A DNA stretch of 33,542 bases from Opitutia bacterium (GTDB lineage: Bacteria > Verrucomicrobiota > Verrucomicrobiia > Opitutales > JANYEO01). The stretch is from contig JANYEO010000035.1 in the NCBI GenBank assembly GCA_025363025.1, forward strand, positions 1 to 33,542, in the 5' to 3' direction. Of the stretch, positions 25,078 through 32,682 are shown one piece after another; positions within the stretch are counted from its first letter, which is position 1, and the number at the start of each line of letters is the position of its first letter. The notes below the pieces were generated by a model. It was not told the origin of the DNA and made no database searches. It saw only the letters and a list, made by a program, of their open reading frames with translations. A program made the position numbers and the translations under genes.

Positions 25078-25110
25078 GGGGTGTTGGGGTTAGGGTTAGG
25101 GGTGTTGGGG
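25078..25110 (+). other. G-tract array GGGGTGTTGGGGTTAGGGTTAGGGGTGTTGGGG (potential G-quadruplex; 12-nt direct repeat)
   Basis: Five G3-4 runs with loops of 3-4 nt, read directly from the sequence. The array spans the sctD stop (25096-25098) and the entire spacer up to the yscE-like ATG (25077). Confidence 0.7.
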
Positions 25111-26535
25111 TTTAAAGACAACGGCCTCTTCTCCTTTTCGCAGAGTTACCCCTTGGTCGTCAAGTGAAACCACGGTGTAACCGCTAGGCAGAACAGCGCC
25201 GACAAAATATTTTTGCCCATTTTTGAGGGAAATAAAACCGAATTGCCCAGTACTTAGGCTTTCGATCTCCCCATCAAAGTATTGATTATCAATGGCAAGA
25301 GGATCCGCCCGGCTTGCTTCGTCCTTGATGAGCAAGCGGCCGCCTAGTTTTTGCTTAAGCTCCGTCAGGACGCCATCCCAACGTTTGCCCTGGGCACGTG
25401 TGAGGCTACCGGTGGCCAAGACAAAGTGGGGCATGGGGGTAAACGTAATGGCCCCGGCCAGACCTTGGGCTGTTAGCAGCGGCAGGGCCAGGCTATCTAG
25501 CCCATCGGCCGTTAATACGTTATCCTCCAAACTCTTGAGCCCGTCAACATCGTGCATTAGGAAGGCCTTGGCCCGCATCCAAAGCTCCATCGTTGGCACA
25601 TAGCCTGTAGCCCGTAAGGAACCTGCCTGGGCAGCCGCGGTAATACGAACGGGTAAAGATAACTCCCCCATTACAATTTGAGCGGCATTAACCAAGGCTT
25701 CCTCACTTTGTACGCGATAAAGGGCCTGAGGATCTACCTGGAGAACTGCCCGACGCAGGCTAAGGCGTGTGGCCTCCTTCTGCGTGCAACCTGTGATAAG
25801 GACTATATTTTGAGAAAGGGTTACGCTGAGCTCTTTACCCGCCCCCTGGAGCTCTATGGCTTGAAGGACACGTGTACGGCGCTCTTGCGGAGTGATAACC
25901 TGATGCTCCGGCATGGAGGGGCTACTGACCTGTTGATAGATCCAATAGATACCGCCGCCACACACACTAAGGCCTAAAATAAGCACGAGCCAAAGGGTAA
26001 TGGAAATGCCCCCTGAAGAAGATGATGCGGCTGGTAAAGGATCTAACAAGCTAGAAGTCATCGGTTGACCGCTGGCAAGCCCCATAGCGTCCGCAAGTGT
26101 ATTGACAGAAGGCTCTACGGGGGTGTGGTTGTCTGCCATAGGCAACACTGCAGCATCTTTAGAGGGAACAGAAGAGTCTTCAAGCTGAAGAGCGGGAGCA
26201 TCTGCCACGGTTAGAGGAGGCCACCCTCCCCCGTCTGGGCCTGCCACCATTTGGGTAGTGCCAACGGTTATAAATTGAAGAAAAGGAACGGCAACAGGCC
26301 CCTCGACCACGCGTTTACCATTTAAAAAAACAGGACCCGACAAAGGCTCCAGCGAAAGAGCAGGCGGGGTAAAGACGAGACGAAAATGCTCTGCCTCGAA
26401 AAGGGAATCCGATATAATAATATCGCACGCTTCGGATGCGCCGACTGTATAAGTCCCCGGGCGGAGCAAGACCTCTGCCCCCTGATGAGGGCCAGAAAGA
26501 ATCTTAAGAAGGCATTGATTACCAGAGGAATCCAC
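25096..26535 (-). CDS. sctD: Type III secretion inner-membrane ring protein with N-terminal FHA domain (SctD / YscD / CdsD family)
   Basis: The N-terminus LKILSGPHQGAEVLLRPGTYTVGASEACDIIISDSLFEAEHFRLVF is an FHA-type fold as in YscD. A single TM follows (ISITLWLVLILGLSVCGGGIYWIY), then a periplasmic domain of about 280 aa. Confidence 0.8.
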   Translation of the reverse strand: MDSSGNQCLLKILSGPHQGAEVLLRPGTYTVGASEACDIIISDSLFEAEHFRLVFTPPALSLEPLSGPVFLNGKRVVEGPVAVPFLQFITVGTTQMVAGPDGGGWPPLTVADAPALQLEDSSVPSKDAAVLPMADNHTPVEPSVNTLADAMGLASGQPMTSSLLDPLPAASSSSGGISITLWLVLILGLSVCGGGIYWIYQQVSSPSMPEHQVITPQERRTRVLQAIELQGAGKELSVTLSQNIVLITGCTQKEATRLSLRRAVLQVDPQALYRVQSEEALVNAAQIVMGELSLPVRITAAAQAGSLRATGYVPTMELWMRAKAFLMHDVDGLKSLEDNVLTADGLDSLALPLLTAQGLAGAITFTPMPHFVLATGSLTRAQGKRWDGVLTELKQKLGGRLLIKDEASRADPLAIDNQYFDGEIESLSTGQFGFISLKNGQKYFVGAVLPSGYTVVSLDDQGVTLRKGEEAVVFKPQHP

Positions 26536-26661
26536 TAAAAAGGGTAAAGAGGGGCTTATTGACGAAACAGGCTAATATTTTAAATAAGCCAGTGCAACTC
26601 TGAAATAAGCAAGAAGTCTCATTAAAAAGAAAATGGGGCTAACCCCAGCGAATTATTTAGA

Positions 26662-26784
26662 GGCCGGATGCAGAATGCTTTGATTTTGAGGAATTTGTAG
26701 GACGGAGTGATGAGTGTATATACGGTACAAGAGGCGCGACAACCTACCAAAAACTCATAAAGCAAGGCATTCTGCAGCGGTCTC
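26662..26784. repeat. Type-1 palindromic repeat in the divergent sctD / DMT-transporter intergenic region
   Basis: Begins ggccggatgcagaatgctttgattttgaggaatttgtagg and ends caaaaactcataaagcaaggcattctgcagcggtctc. The arms gcagaatgc/gcattctgc are complementary. Confidence 0.8.
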
Positions 26785-26827
26785 TTGTTGCGTTTAGCAA
26801 AGTCTATGCATACTGAATTAAGCTTCT

Positions 26828-27736
26828 ATGGATATTATTGATACTCCCCCACTGTTCGTCTACTGGGGGCCGCTTTTAAGCGCGTTTCTGTACGTTATCT
26901 CGGCTTTAGCCCTCAAGCAAGGGATGGTTCAAGGAACGGGCGCTATTCGTACGATTTGGATCTGCAATGCCATTCAGGCCCTTGTATTTCTGCCTTTATT
27001 TTGCTTTGCGGAGGGGCCTATTCTTCAACTTGAGATCTGGAAGCCCTTAGTCGTTAGCTTATGCTTATTTTTAGGAGAAGTATTTGTCATTATTGCCATA
27101 CGCTCGGCCGCAGTGTCTGTACAGTCCCCTGTTATGGGCAGCAAGGTGGTCATGGTTGCGGCATTAAGCGTACTGATCGGGGTGGGAACGGTGACCTTTC
27201 ACCTCTGGATTGCAGCGAGTTTGGCGGCGATGGCCGTCTTCATCCTTGGGCTTTCGGGCTTTAGGAAAGAGCGCGGACTGTTTAAGGGCATTGCGTATGC
27301 GCTGGCGGCAGCTGGCTGCTTTGCCATGGAGGATGTCCTCATACAAAAATGGTCGCACGATTATGAACCGTATAGCTTCCTCGCGGTTGCGTCTATCGGG
27401 ATTGCTTTCTGGGCCCTCTTTCTGCTGCCTTTTATGAAAGATGATTTTAAGCAGGCCTCCAAAAAAAGCAAACTGTGGGTATATTCAGGCGCTACCCTTA
27501 TGGCCCTACAAGGTGTCACTTATAGCTTACCCATTAGCCTTTATGGGTATGCTACTATCATCAACATTTGCTACAGCTCCCGTGGAATATGGAGTGTTTT
27601 GTGTGCATGGACGATTGGCCATTATTTTGGCAGTATTGAGCACAAGGCCGGTAAACGCGTCTTCTTTGAGCGCCTTACGGGGGCTATGCTGCTCTTTATA
27701 GCAATAATCATAGCTCTAATAGGGGGAGCGGAGTAA
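26828..27736 (+). CDS. EamA/DMT-superfamily transporter (10 TM)
   Basis: 302 aa, made of two similar five-helix halves of hydrophobic segments, typical of EamA domains. Confidence 0.7.
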   Translation: MDIIDTPPLFVYWGPLLSAFLYVISALALKQGMVQGTGAIRTIWICNAIQALVFLPLFCFAEGPILQLEIWKPLVVSLCLFLGEVFVIIAIRSAAVSVQSPVMGSKVVMVAALSVLIGVGTVTFHLWIAASLAAMAVFILGLSGFRKERGLFKGIAYALAAAGCFAMEDVLIQKWSHDYEPYSFLAVASIGIAFWALFLLPFMKDDFKQASKKSKLWVYSGATLMALQGVTYSLPISLYGYATIINICYSSRGIWSVLCAWTIGHYFGSIEHKAGKRVFFERLTGAMLLFIAIIIALIGGAE

Positions 27737-27787
27737 GACCGACTGGAGAATGCTGATTTGAAGAACCCATCAACCGGCTGCTTTTTT

Positions 27788-27887
27788 AAGGCCTCGATTT
27801 TGAGATGATTTTGTGCGGAGGCGCGCGGAGCGTACCTAGAAGTACGTGAGCACGGTGATGTGCAAAAGCGCTCAAAAGCGAGGCCTT
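27788..27887. repeat. Type-2 palindromic repeat between convergent genes; overlaps the flagellin stop codon
   Basis: The arms aaggcctcgattttgag...ctcaaaagcgaggcctt are near-perfect. Core: gcgcgcggagcgtacctagaagtacgtgagcacggtga. Confidence 0.85.
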
Positions 27888-28689
27888 AAACGAGCAACCG
27901 CAGGACGCTTTGAGAAGAATGATTAGCCTGAGACAACATCACCGCACCGGACTGCACTAAAATATTATAGCGGGCAAATTTAGTAGACTCGGCCGCAATA
28001 TCGGTATCTAAAATGCGACTATTAGCGGATTCCAAATTTGTACGATTAGTTAGCAATACTTCGCTCGCAAAATCTAAGCGATTGGTCTCCGCCCCGTTTT
28101 TGGCACGCTTGGTTGCGATGCTTTGAAGCGCGGCTGTGTAAGTCGGAATACTGGTAGCAGCTAAGCTTGCGGCGGTGGTAATCGGGGTAACCGCGGCTGC
28201 TAAATCGGCAAGGGTGATCTGCAAATTTTGAGTACCCTCTGCTGAGGTAACAACTGTTTTAGATGAAGCACCTGCGGCAAATAAACTGACCCCGTTAAAA
28301 GACTGAGCGAGTACGCTTATCAGTTGATCTTTTAGCGTTAAAAACTCTGTATTATAATTAGCAACATCTGCCGGGCTTTTCGTAGGGTCCCCACTTAAAG
28401 CTGAAAGCTCCGACATACGGGAAACAATAGCTGACGCAGACCCCATCGCCCCATCTTGCGTTTGAAGCAAAGAGACCGCATTGGCCACGTTGGTGATCAA
28501 TGCATCTGTACGACGAAGGGCTGCTTGCATTTTCATAGAAACGGCGAGGCCTCCTGCATCATCAGAAGGGCCTAATAATTTAAAGCCACTGGATAACCGG
28601 CCCAAACTCTTTTGAAATAAGGATTGATTGACATTTAAGTAATTCGACGCAGCTGTAGCGGCTGCATTTGAATTAATAACGAGTGACAT
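27886..28689 (-). CDS. fliC: Flagellin (short, D0/D1-only type), copy 1
   Basis: From the ATG at 28689: MSLVINSNAAATAASNYLN...LGRLSSGFKLLGPSDDAGGLAVS...LLQTQDGAM. C-terminus: NRLDFASEVLLTNRTNLESANSRILDTDIAAESTKFARYNILVQSGAVMLSQANHSSQSVLRLLV. Confidence 0.9.
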   Translation of the reverse strand: MSLVINSNAAATAASNYLNVNQSLFQKSLGRLSSGFKLLGPSDDAGGLAVSMKMQAALRRTDALITNVANAVSLLQTQDGAMGSASAIVSRMSELSALSGDPTKSPADVANYNTEFLTLKDQLISVLAQSFNGVSLFAAGASSKTVVTSAEGTQNLQITLADLAAAVTPITTAASLAATSIPTYTAALQSIATKRAKNGAETNRLDFASEVLLTNRTNLESANSRILDTDIAAESTKFARYNILVQSGAVMLSQANHSSQSVLRLLV

Positions 28690-28794
28690 GGCAGGTACAA
28701 CATTCCTTATTTGCCCCAAAGGGCCCCACCTTTTAAATGATGGGACCCTCCAATCTTAAGCAACAGGTACAAAGACCTGAAGAATACTAGCTAA

Positions 28795-29601
28795 CTACAT
28801 CAATAGACGCAGCACGTTTTGAGCAGACTGATTGGCTTGGCCCAACATCGCGGTACCGGATTGAACCAAGATGCCGTAGCGGGCAAACTTCGTAGACTCG
28901 GAAGCGATATCGGTATCAACGATACGGCTATTTGCAGCTTCTAAGTTCGTCCGGTTGGTTGTTAGCAGCTCGCTTGCGAAATCCAGACGGTTAGTTTCCG
29001 CCCCGTTTTGCGCACGTTTGGTCGCGATATTTTCAAGCGCAGTGGTAAAGGTAGCAATCGCACCCCCAGTTAAAGTACCTGCCATGGCTGTAATACCGGC
29101 AACCGCGGTCGTTAAATCTGCAATTGTAATACCAAAGCTTTGGCTACCATCTTCTGAAGTGGTAACAGTAGCAGTTGTCGCTGCGGCTCCAAAAAGATCG
29201 ACTCCATTGAATTTTGCACTCGTCAAGCTCGTTAATTGGGCACTCAAAGCAGCAAACTCAGTATCATAGTTTGCAACGTCTGTTGCGCCTTTTGTAATAT
29301 CCTTGCTCAAGGTACAAAGCTCGGACATACGAGAAACGATAGAAGTAGCCGAATTCATGGCGCCATCTTGAGTTTGCAAGAGAGAAACGGCGTTAGCGAT
29401 GTTCGTCACCAAGGCATCGGTACGACGTAATGCGGCTTGCATTTTCATCGACACGGCTAAGCCCCCTGCGTCATCTGATGGGCCTTGAATTTTAAAACCA
29501 CTGGACAAACGACCTAAGCTTTTCTGGTAAAGTTTGTTATTTGCATTCAAATAATTCGAAGAAGCGGTAGCAGCAGAATTGGAATTGATTACGAGTGACA
29601 T
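28795..29601 (-). CDS. fliC: Flagellin (short type), copy 2, tandem paralogue
   Basis: 268 aa. The N- and C-terminal helical regions are nearly identical to copy 1. The central region of about 80 aa is divergent. Confidence 0.9.
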   Translation of the reverse strand: MSLVINSNSAATASSNYLNANNKLYQKSLGRLSSGFKIQGPSDDAGGLAVSMKMQAALRRTDALVTNIANAVSLLQTQDGAMNSATSIVSRMSELCTLSKDITKGATDVANYDTEFAALSAQLTSLTSAKFNGVDLFGAAATTATVTTSEDGSQSFGITIADLTTAVAGITAMAGTLTGGAIATFTTALENIATKRAQNGAETNRLDFASELLTTNRTNLEAANSRIVDTDIASESTKFARYGILVQSGTAMLGQANQSAQNVLRLLM

Positions 29602-29704
29602 GATAGGGGATCTTCCTTGATGGGTTTATTTATTCCGTTAGACGGAACCCGAAACTTTCAGGCCGGGTAACCTGATCAAAACGTCCTTGTCTTGATACCC
29701 ATGT

Positions 29705-29731
29705 AAGTCGCATGAGGGGGACATAACTTTA
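29705..29731 (-). promoter_or_regulatory. Candidate sigma-28 (FliA)-type promoter for flagellin copy 2
   Basis: The minus strand reads TAAAGTTA-N11-tgCGActt, against the consensus TAAAGTTT-N11-GCCGATAA. The -35 element matches 7 of 8 and the CGA core is in register. It lies about 100 nt upstream of the ATG. Confidence 0.35.
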
Positions 29732-29835
29732 GAGTTTTTTTGAATAAAAAGTGTTTTTACGATTATTAACAGAAAAGGAGTTTGTGCCTCTATATACATA
29801 TAGGCTTTGATAAGCACAATAAACAGACCCTAAGA

Positions 29836-30750
29836 ATGCCTTCCTTAATGCCCCACTTGATACCTACGCCTCTTGAACCCGCTGCTTTGATGGAGCAGAT
29901 AAACAAAGCCCCGGAGCTGGCTTCCTTAAGAAGCATTAACTCGGCCCTTGGCGACTTATTAAAAGTAGAAATGGGGGTGACCTCCCAGATCGCAGAAATT
30001 ATCAGAAGAGATCCTTCCCTAACCGCACGCTTGCTGCGGCTCGTAAACTCTGCCCTCTTTGGCTTAACGCAACCAATTAATGGGATAGAAGAAGCTGTCT
30101 TTTACCTAGGACTCCGACAAATACGCCAACTGGCCCTAGCGACCCCCGTTATCGAAGACTTACATGGCCTGGCAAAAGGCTTAGACGAGGACCTATGGGA
30201 CAAACTCTGGCAACACTCCTTGGCCTCTGCGATTTTAACCCGAGAGATATTGGCGCTTGTAGGCTCTGAGTATAGCGATGAGATGGATTATATTTTGGGC
30301 CTCCTCCATAACATTGGAGAGATTGTCATAGCCTCTCTCTTCCCCAAGCACTTTGCAGCTATCTTAAAGCGGCAAGCAGAAGAAAAGGGCCCCCTGTATC
30401 TTTATGAAAGAGACATCCTTGGCTGGGACCATGCACAAGTAGGGGCTTATTATTTGAAGCGGCATGGACTTGCTGAAGAATTAATAGAAGCAACGGCCTT
30501 TCAACTAGAACCGGAGCTAGGAGGAGCCTATAAAAAATCGGCCGCAGCCGTACAGGTAGCCGATGCCCTAACCCGCGCCACAGGGCTACTAGGCCTAGAG
30601 ACAACAGCCATCCTTGACCAAACGGAGTGGACGAAACTTAGCGGCTGGAAAATTCTTTTCGGTGAAAATGAAGAAGATTACCCGCTGGTGGTGGCTTCCC
30701 TTAAATACAGCTTGGAGCGTCTGCCTACACTGCTCAAGGGCATGCTCTAG
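29836..30750 (+). CDS. HDOD-domain signalling protein
   Basis: Motifs: IAEIIRRDPSLTARLLRLVNSALFGLTQPINGIEEAVFYLGLRQIRQLALA...WQHSLASAILTREI...LLHNIGEIVIASLFP. The start is set at the first ATG (29836) rather than the TTG at 29782. Confidence 0.8.
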   Translation: MPSLMPHLIPTPLEPAALMEQINKAPELASLRSINSALGDLLKVEMGVTSQIAEIIRRDPSLTARLLRLVNSALFGLTQPINGIEEAVFYLGLRQIRQLALATPVIEDLHGLAKGLDEDLWDKLWQHSLASAILTREILALVGSEYSDEMDYILGLLHNIGEIVIASLFPKHFAAILKRQAEEKGPLYLYERDILGWDHAQVGAYYLKRHGLAEELIEATAFQLEPELGGAYKKSAAAVQVADALTRATGLLGLETTAILDQTEWTKLSGWKILFGENEEDYPLVVASLKYSLERLPTLLKGML

Positions 30751-30765
30751 GGGAGGCCATTGCCC

Positions 30766-30867
30766 TAATGCATGATTCTGAATGCTTTTGAGCATCATCC
30801 GTACTCACGCACTAAAACTTACGCTCCGTGCGTTTCCTCTCAAAATCTCTTCAAAATCAAAGCATTA
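30766..30867. repeat. Type-2 palindromic repeat (reverse orientation), 3' of the HDOD gene
   Basis: The reverse complement reads aatgctttgattttgaagagattttgagaggaaacgcacggagcgtaagttttagtgcgtgagtacggatgatgctcaaaagcattc. Confidence 0.75.
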
Positions 30868-31082
30868 GGACAACGGCCCCCGAGGTGTTTAAAATTTAAA
30901 GAAGAAGAGAAATGATCACGAGATCAATTGGAGATTCTACAGCGGCCTGTGAGTAATCATCTAAAAAGCAAAGCATTACTTATCCTGAAAAAATTAAATA
31001 CTCCATTAAGGAGACCGCTGCATAATAACGATTTCAAACAAAGCACACCCTATTTGATACTTTAATATTCGGGATTATAGAG

Positions 31083-31145
31083 AGGCCGCATGTGGAATGC
31101 CTTAATTTTGAAGAACTTGCCAGGCGGAGCGATAATACCGCAAGT
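31083..31145. repeat. Type-1 repeat, left arm only (truncated copy)
   Basis: aggccgcatgtggaatgccttaattttgaagaacttgccaggcggagcgata aligns with the left half of 26662-26784. The right arm is missing. Confidence 0.55.
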
Positions 31146-31300
31146 ATTTAAAAGAAATATAAATTAATTATCGACAAAAAGCATACCTGTGGCTACCTAG
31201 TTAAGGCCAGGAATGCGAATAAACTTTAACTATTAATAAAATCAATAACTCAATTACAGTCCTTGAGCGCAGAACTCTGTTTGCTGGAACGGAACAAGAA

Positions 31301-32044
31301 ATGAATAATTTTTTAGAGGAAGGAGATAACCTATCCCCTGATACCCTCGAATGCGTTAATACAGGTATTATGAATGGAATAAAATGCCTTTTAACCTTAA
31401 ATGCAATCCATGGGATTATCGCAGCTAATGTGCCAGACTTTACCCTTCCAACCCCCATTAATATACTGAGTGGGGTGACAGTAGGCGGTGCTCTTGGCTT
31501 GAGTACTGGCGGACTTATTAAATTGGGGCTGAATGCATATGAAAACCTACCGAGCAGCCTAAATGAACATGATACAGGAGTTGCTATTTATGCAGGGACA
31601 TTCGTCCTATCTTATTTCATGCTTGATATAGCTAAAAATCTAAGTGGCGATTTATTAAATACATCTCATATCAAGCCTCTATTAACGAATAATCTCAAAG
31701 ACATAAGTATTCTGACTCTAGGATCAATTACAGCCAGTGCCATTGGTTTTGGACTCAATGCCTTACACGAAACCCTAATCAATGCTGCCTTCCCGGAAGA
31801 TGCTGAAATTAAGGCAGCTGATTTCAGTTATTTTTCGGATTCTAAAGATGCCGTAATTCAAGGAATGAGCTGGGCTCTAATGGGCGCATTTTCCCAAAAT
31901 ATAATCGCAAAAGATCTATACACTTTCCCGTATGGCTTTTTATTAGGAGCTATAAAAGCCCCCATTGCCGTAATCTATACTAATCTTGCGGCTCAGAACT
32001 ATTTAATAGCAGAAGCATCTCGTGATCAAGGAACTGCCGCATAA
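31301..32044 (+). CDS. Hypothetical membrane protein in an AT-rich island
   Basis: 247-aa intact ORF with several Gly/Ala-rich hydrophobic segments (ILSGVTVGGALGLSTGGLIKLGL; ISILTLGSITASAIGFGLNAL). No recognisable domain. Confidence 0.45.
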   Translation: MNNFLEEGDNLSPDTLECVNTGIMNGIKCLLTLNAIHGIIAANVPDFTLPTPINILSGVTVGGALGLSTGGLIKLGLNAYENLPSSLNEHDTGVAIYAGTFVLSYFMLDIAKNLSGDLLNTSHIKPLLTNNLKDISILTLGSITASAIGFGLNALHETLINAAFPEDAEIKAADFSYFSDSKDAVIQGMSWALMGAFSQNIIAKDLYTFPYGFLLGAIKAPIAVIYTNLAAQNYLIAEASRDQGTAA

Positions 32045-32135
32045 TCCTCTTGCTAACCCCTTAAATCACACCTTCTAAAACCAGCCTCTATTAAGCATTA
32101 CTGAAAGACTTGCCAGGAATGATTTTTTTTCAATA

Positions 32136-32591
32136 ATGGAAGGCCAGATGCAGGACAATGTTGTAGAAGTAACGGTTAGGGCTGTTGTACCAACGGCCAA
32201 TGGCTGCGCTTTATTTTTAGCAAGCTCCGAAAAAACTTATGTCGTCTATATCGACCAAGGCATAGGGCAGCAGATCTCCCTCATCCAAAATAAGGTGCCA
32301 AAGGAAAGGCCCATGACGCATGACCTGATGCTCAACCTCCTCCACGGGCTTGGGGCTACCATTGAGCGCGTCGTCATCAACCATACAGATAATGGGACAT
32401 TTTATGCCCGCATTATTGTTAAGATGCAAAATGAATTAGGCATAAAGCTGGTAGAAGTAGATGCCCGCCCCAGTGACTCTATTGCCCTAGCTTTGCAAGC
32501 AGAACGCCCTATTTATACGGCCCGCGCGGTGCTAGATGCGGTAGTGGATATGACGGAGGTGTTAGAGCGCATTTTAAAACAAAAAAGTTAA
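32136..32591 (+). CDS. Bifunctional nuclease family protein (DUF151/BFN)
   Basis: Motifs: VYIDQGIGQQI...RPMTHDLM.NLL..LGATIERVVIN....GTFYARIIV......VEVDARPSDSIALAL....PIY. This is the typical DUF151 pattern. Confidence 0.8.
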   Translation: MEGQMQDNVVEVTVRAVVPTANGCALFLASSEKTYVVYIDQGIGQQISLIQNKVPKERPMTHDLMLNLLHGLGATIERVVINHTDNGTFYARIIVKMQNELGIKLVEVDARPSDSIALALQAERPIYTARAVLDAVVDMTEVLERILKQKS

Positions 32592-32602
32592 AGGCGCTGC
32601 AC

Positions 32603-32680
32603 AAGGCCTTTCTTTTGAGTTTTGGGTTATTTTTTATCATACGACTTGCTTTACAAATCGATGCCTTCATCTTGAAGCAA
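32603..32680. repeat. Degenerate type-1-like repeat fragment
   Basis: aaggcctttcttttgagttttgg...ctttacaaat resembles the start of the 4735-4859 copy (aatgcctttcttttgagtttttgg...cctacaaat). Confidence 0.4.
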
Positions 32681-32682
32681 CT

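Noticed and set aside
25090-25102. TTAGGGTTAGGGG as a eukaryotic telomere-derived sequence
   Set aside because: There are only about two units, embedded in a coding-end/spacer context. A chance or G4-related origin is far more likely than telomeric DNA.
28690-28719. 10-codon N-terminal extension of flagellin copy 1 (MGQIRNVVPA)
   Set aside because: The paralogue and flagellins in general start at MSLVINSN. The ATG at 28689 is preceded by aaggaa, a better ribosome-binding site.
28690-28794. Sigma-28 promoter upstream of flagellin copy 1
   Set aside because: The best candidate (TAAA-N15-gggcaaat) matches the -10 consensus poorly. Copy 1 may be read through from copy 2 or may use a different promoter.
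29782-29835. TTG-initiated extension of the HDOD ORF
   Set aside because: The first ATG at 29836 is sufficient, and the extension has no conserved character. The start remains somewhat uncertain.
4735-32680. CRISPR array as the explanation for the recurring intergenic repeats
   Set aside because: The repeats are 80-125 bp, internally palindromic, dispersed over 28 kb between genes in both orientations, and not separated by uniform short spacers. No cas genes are present.
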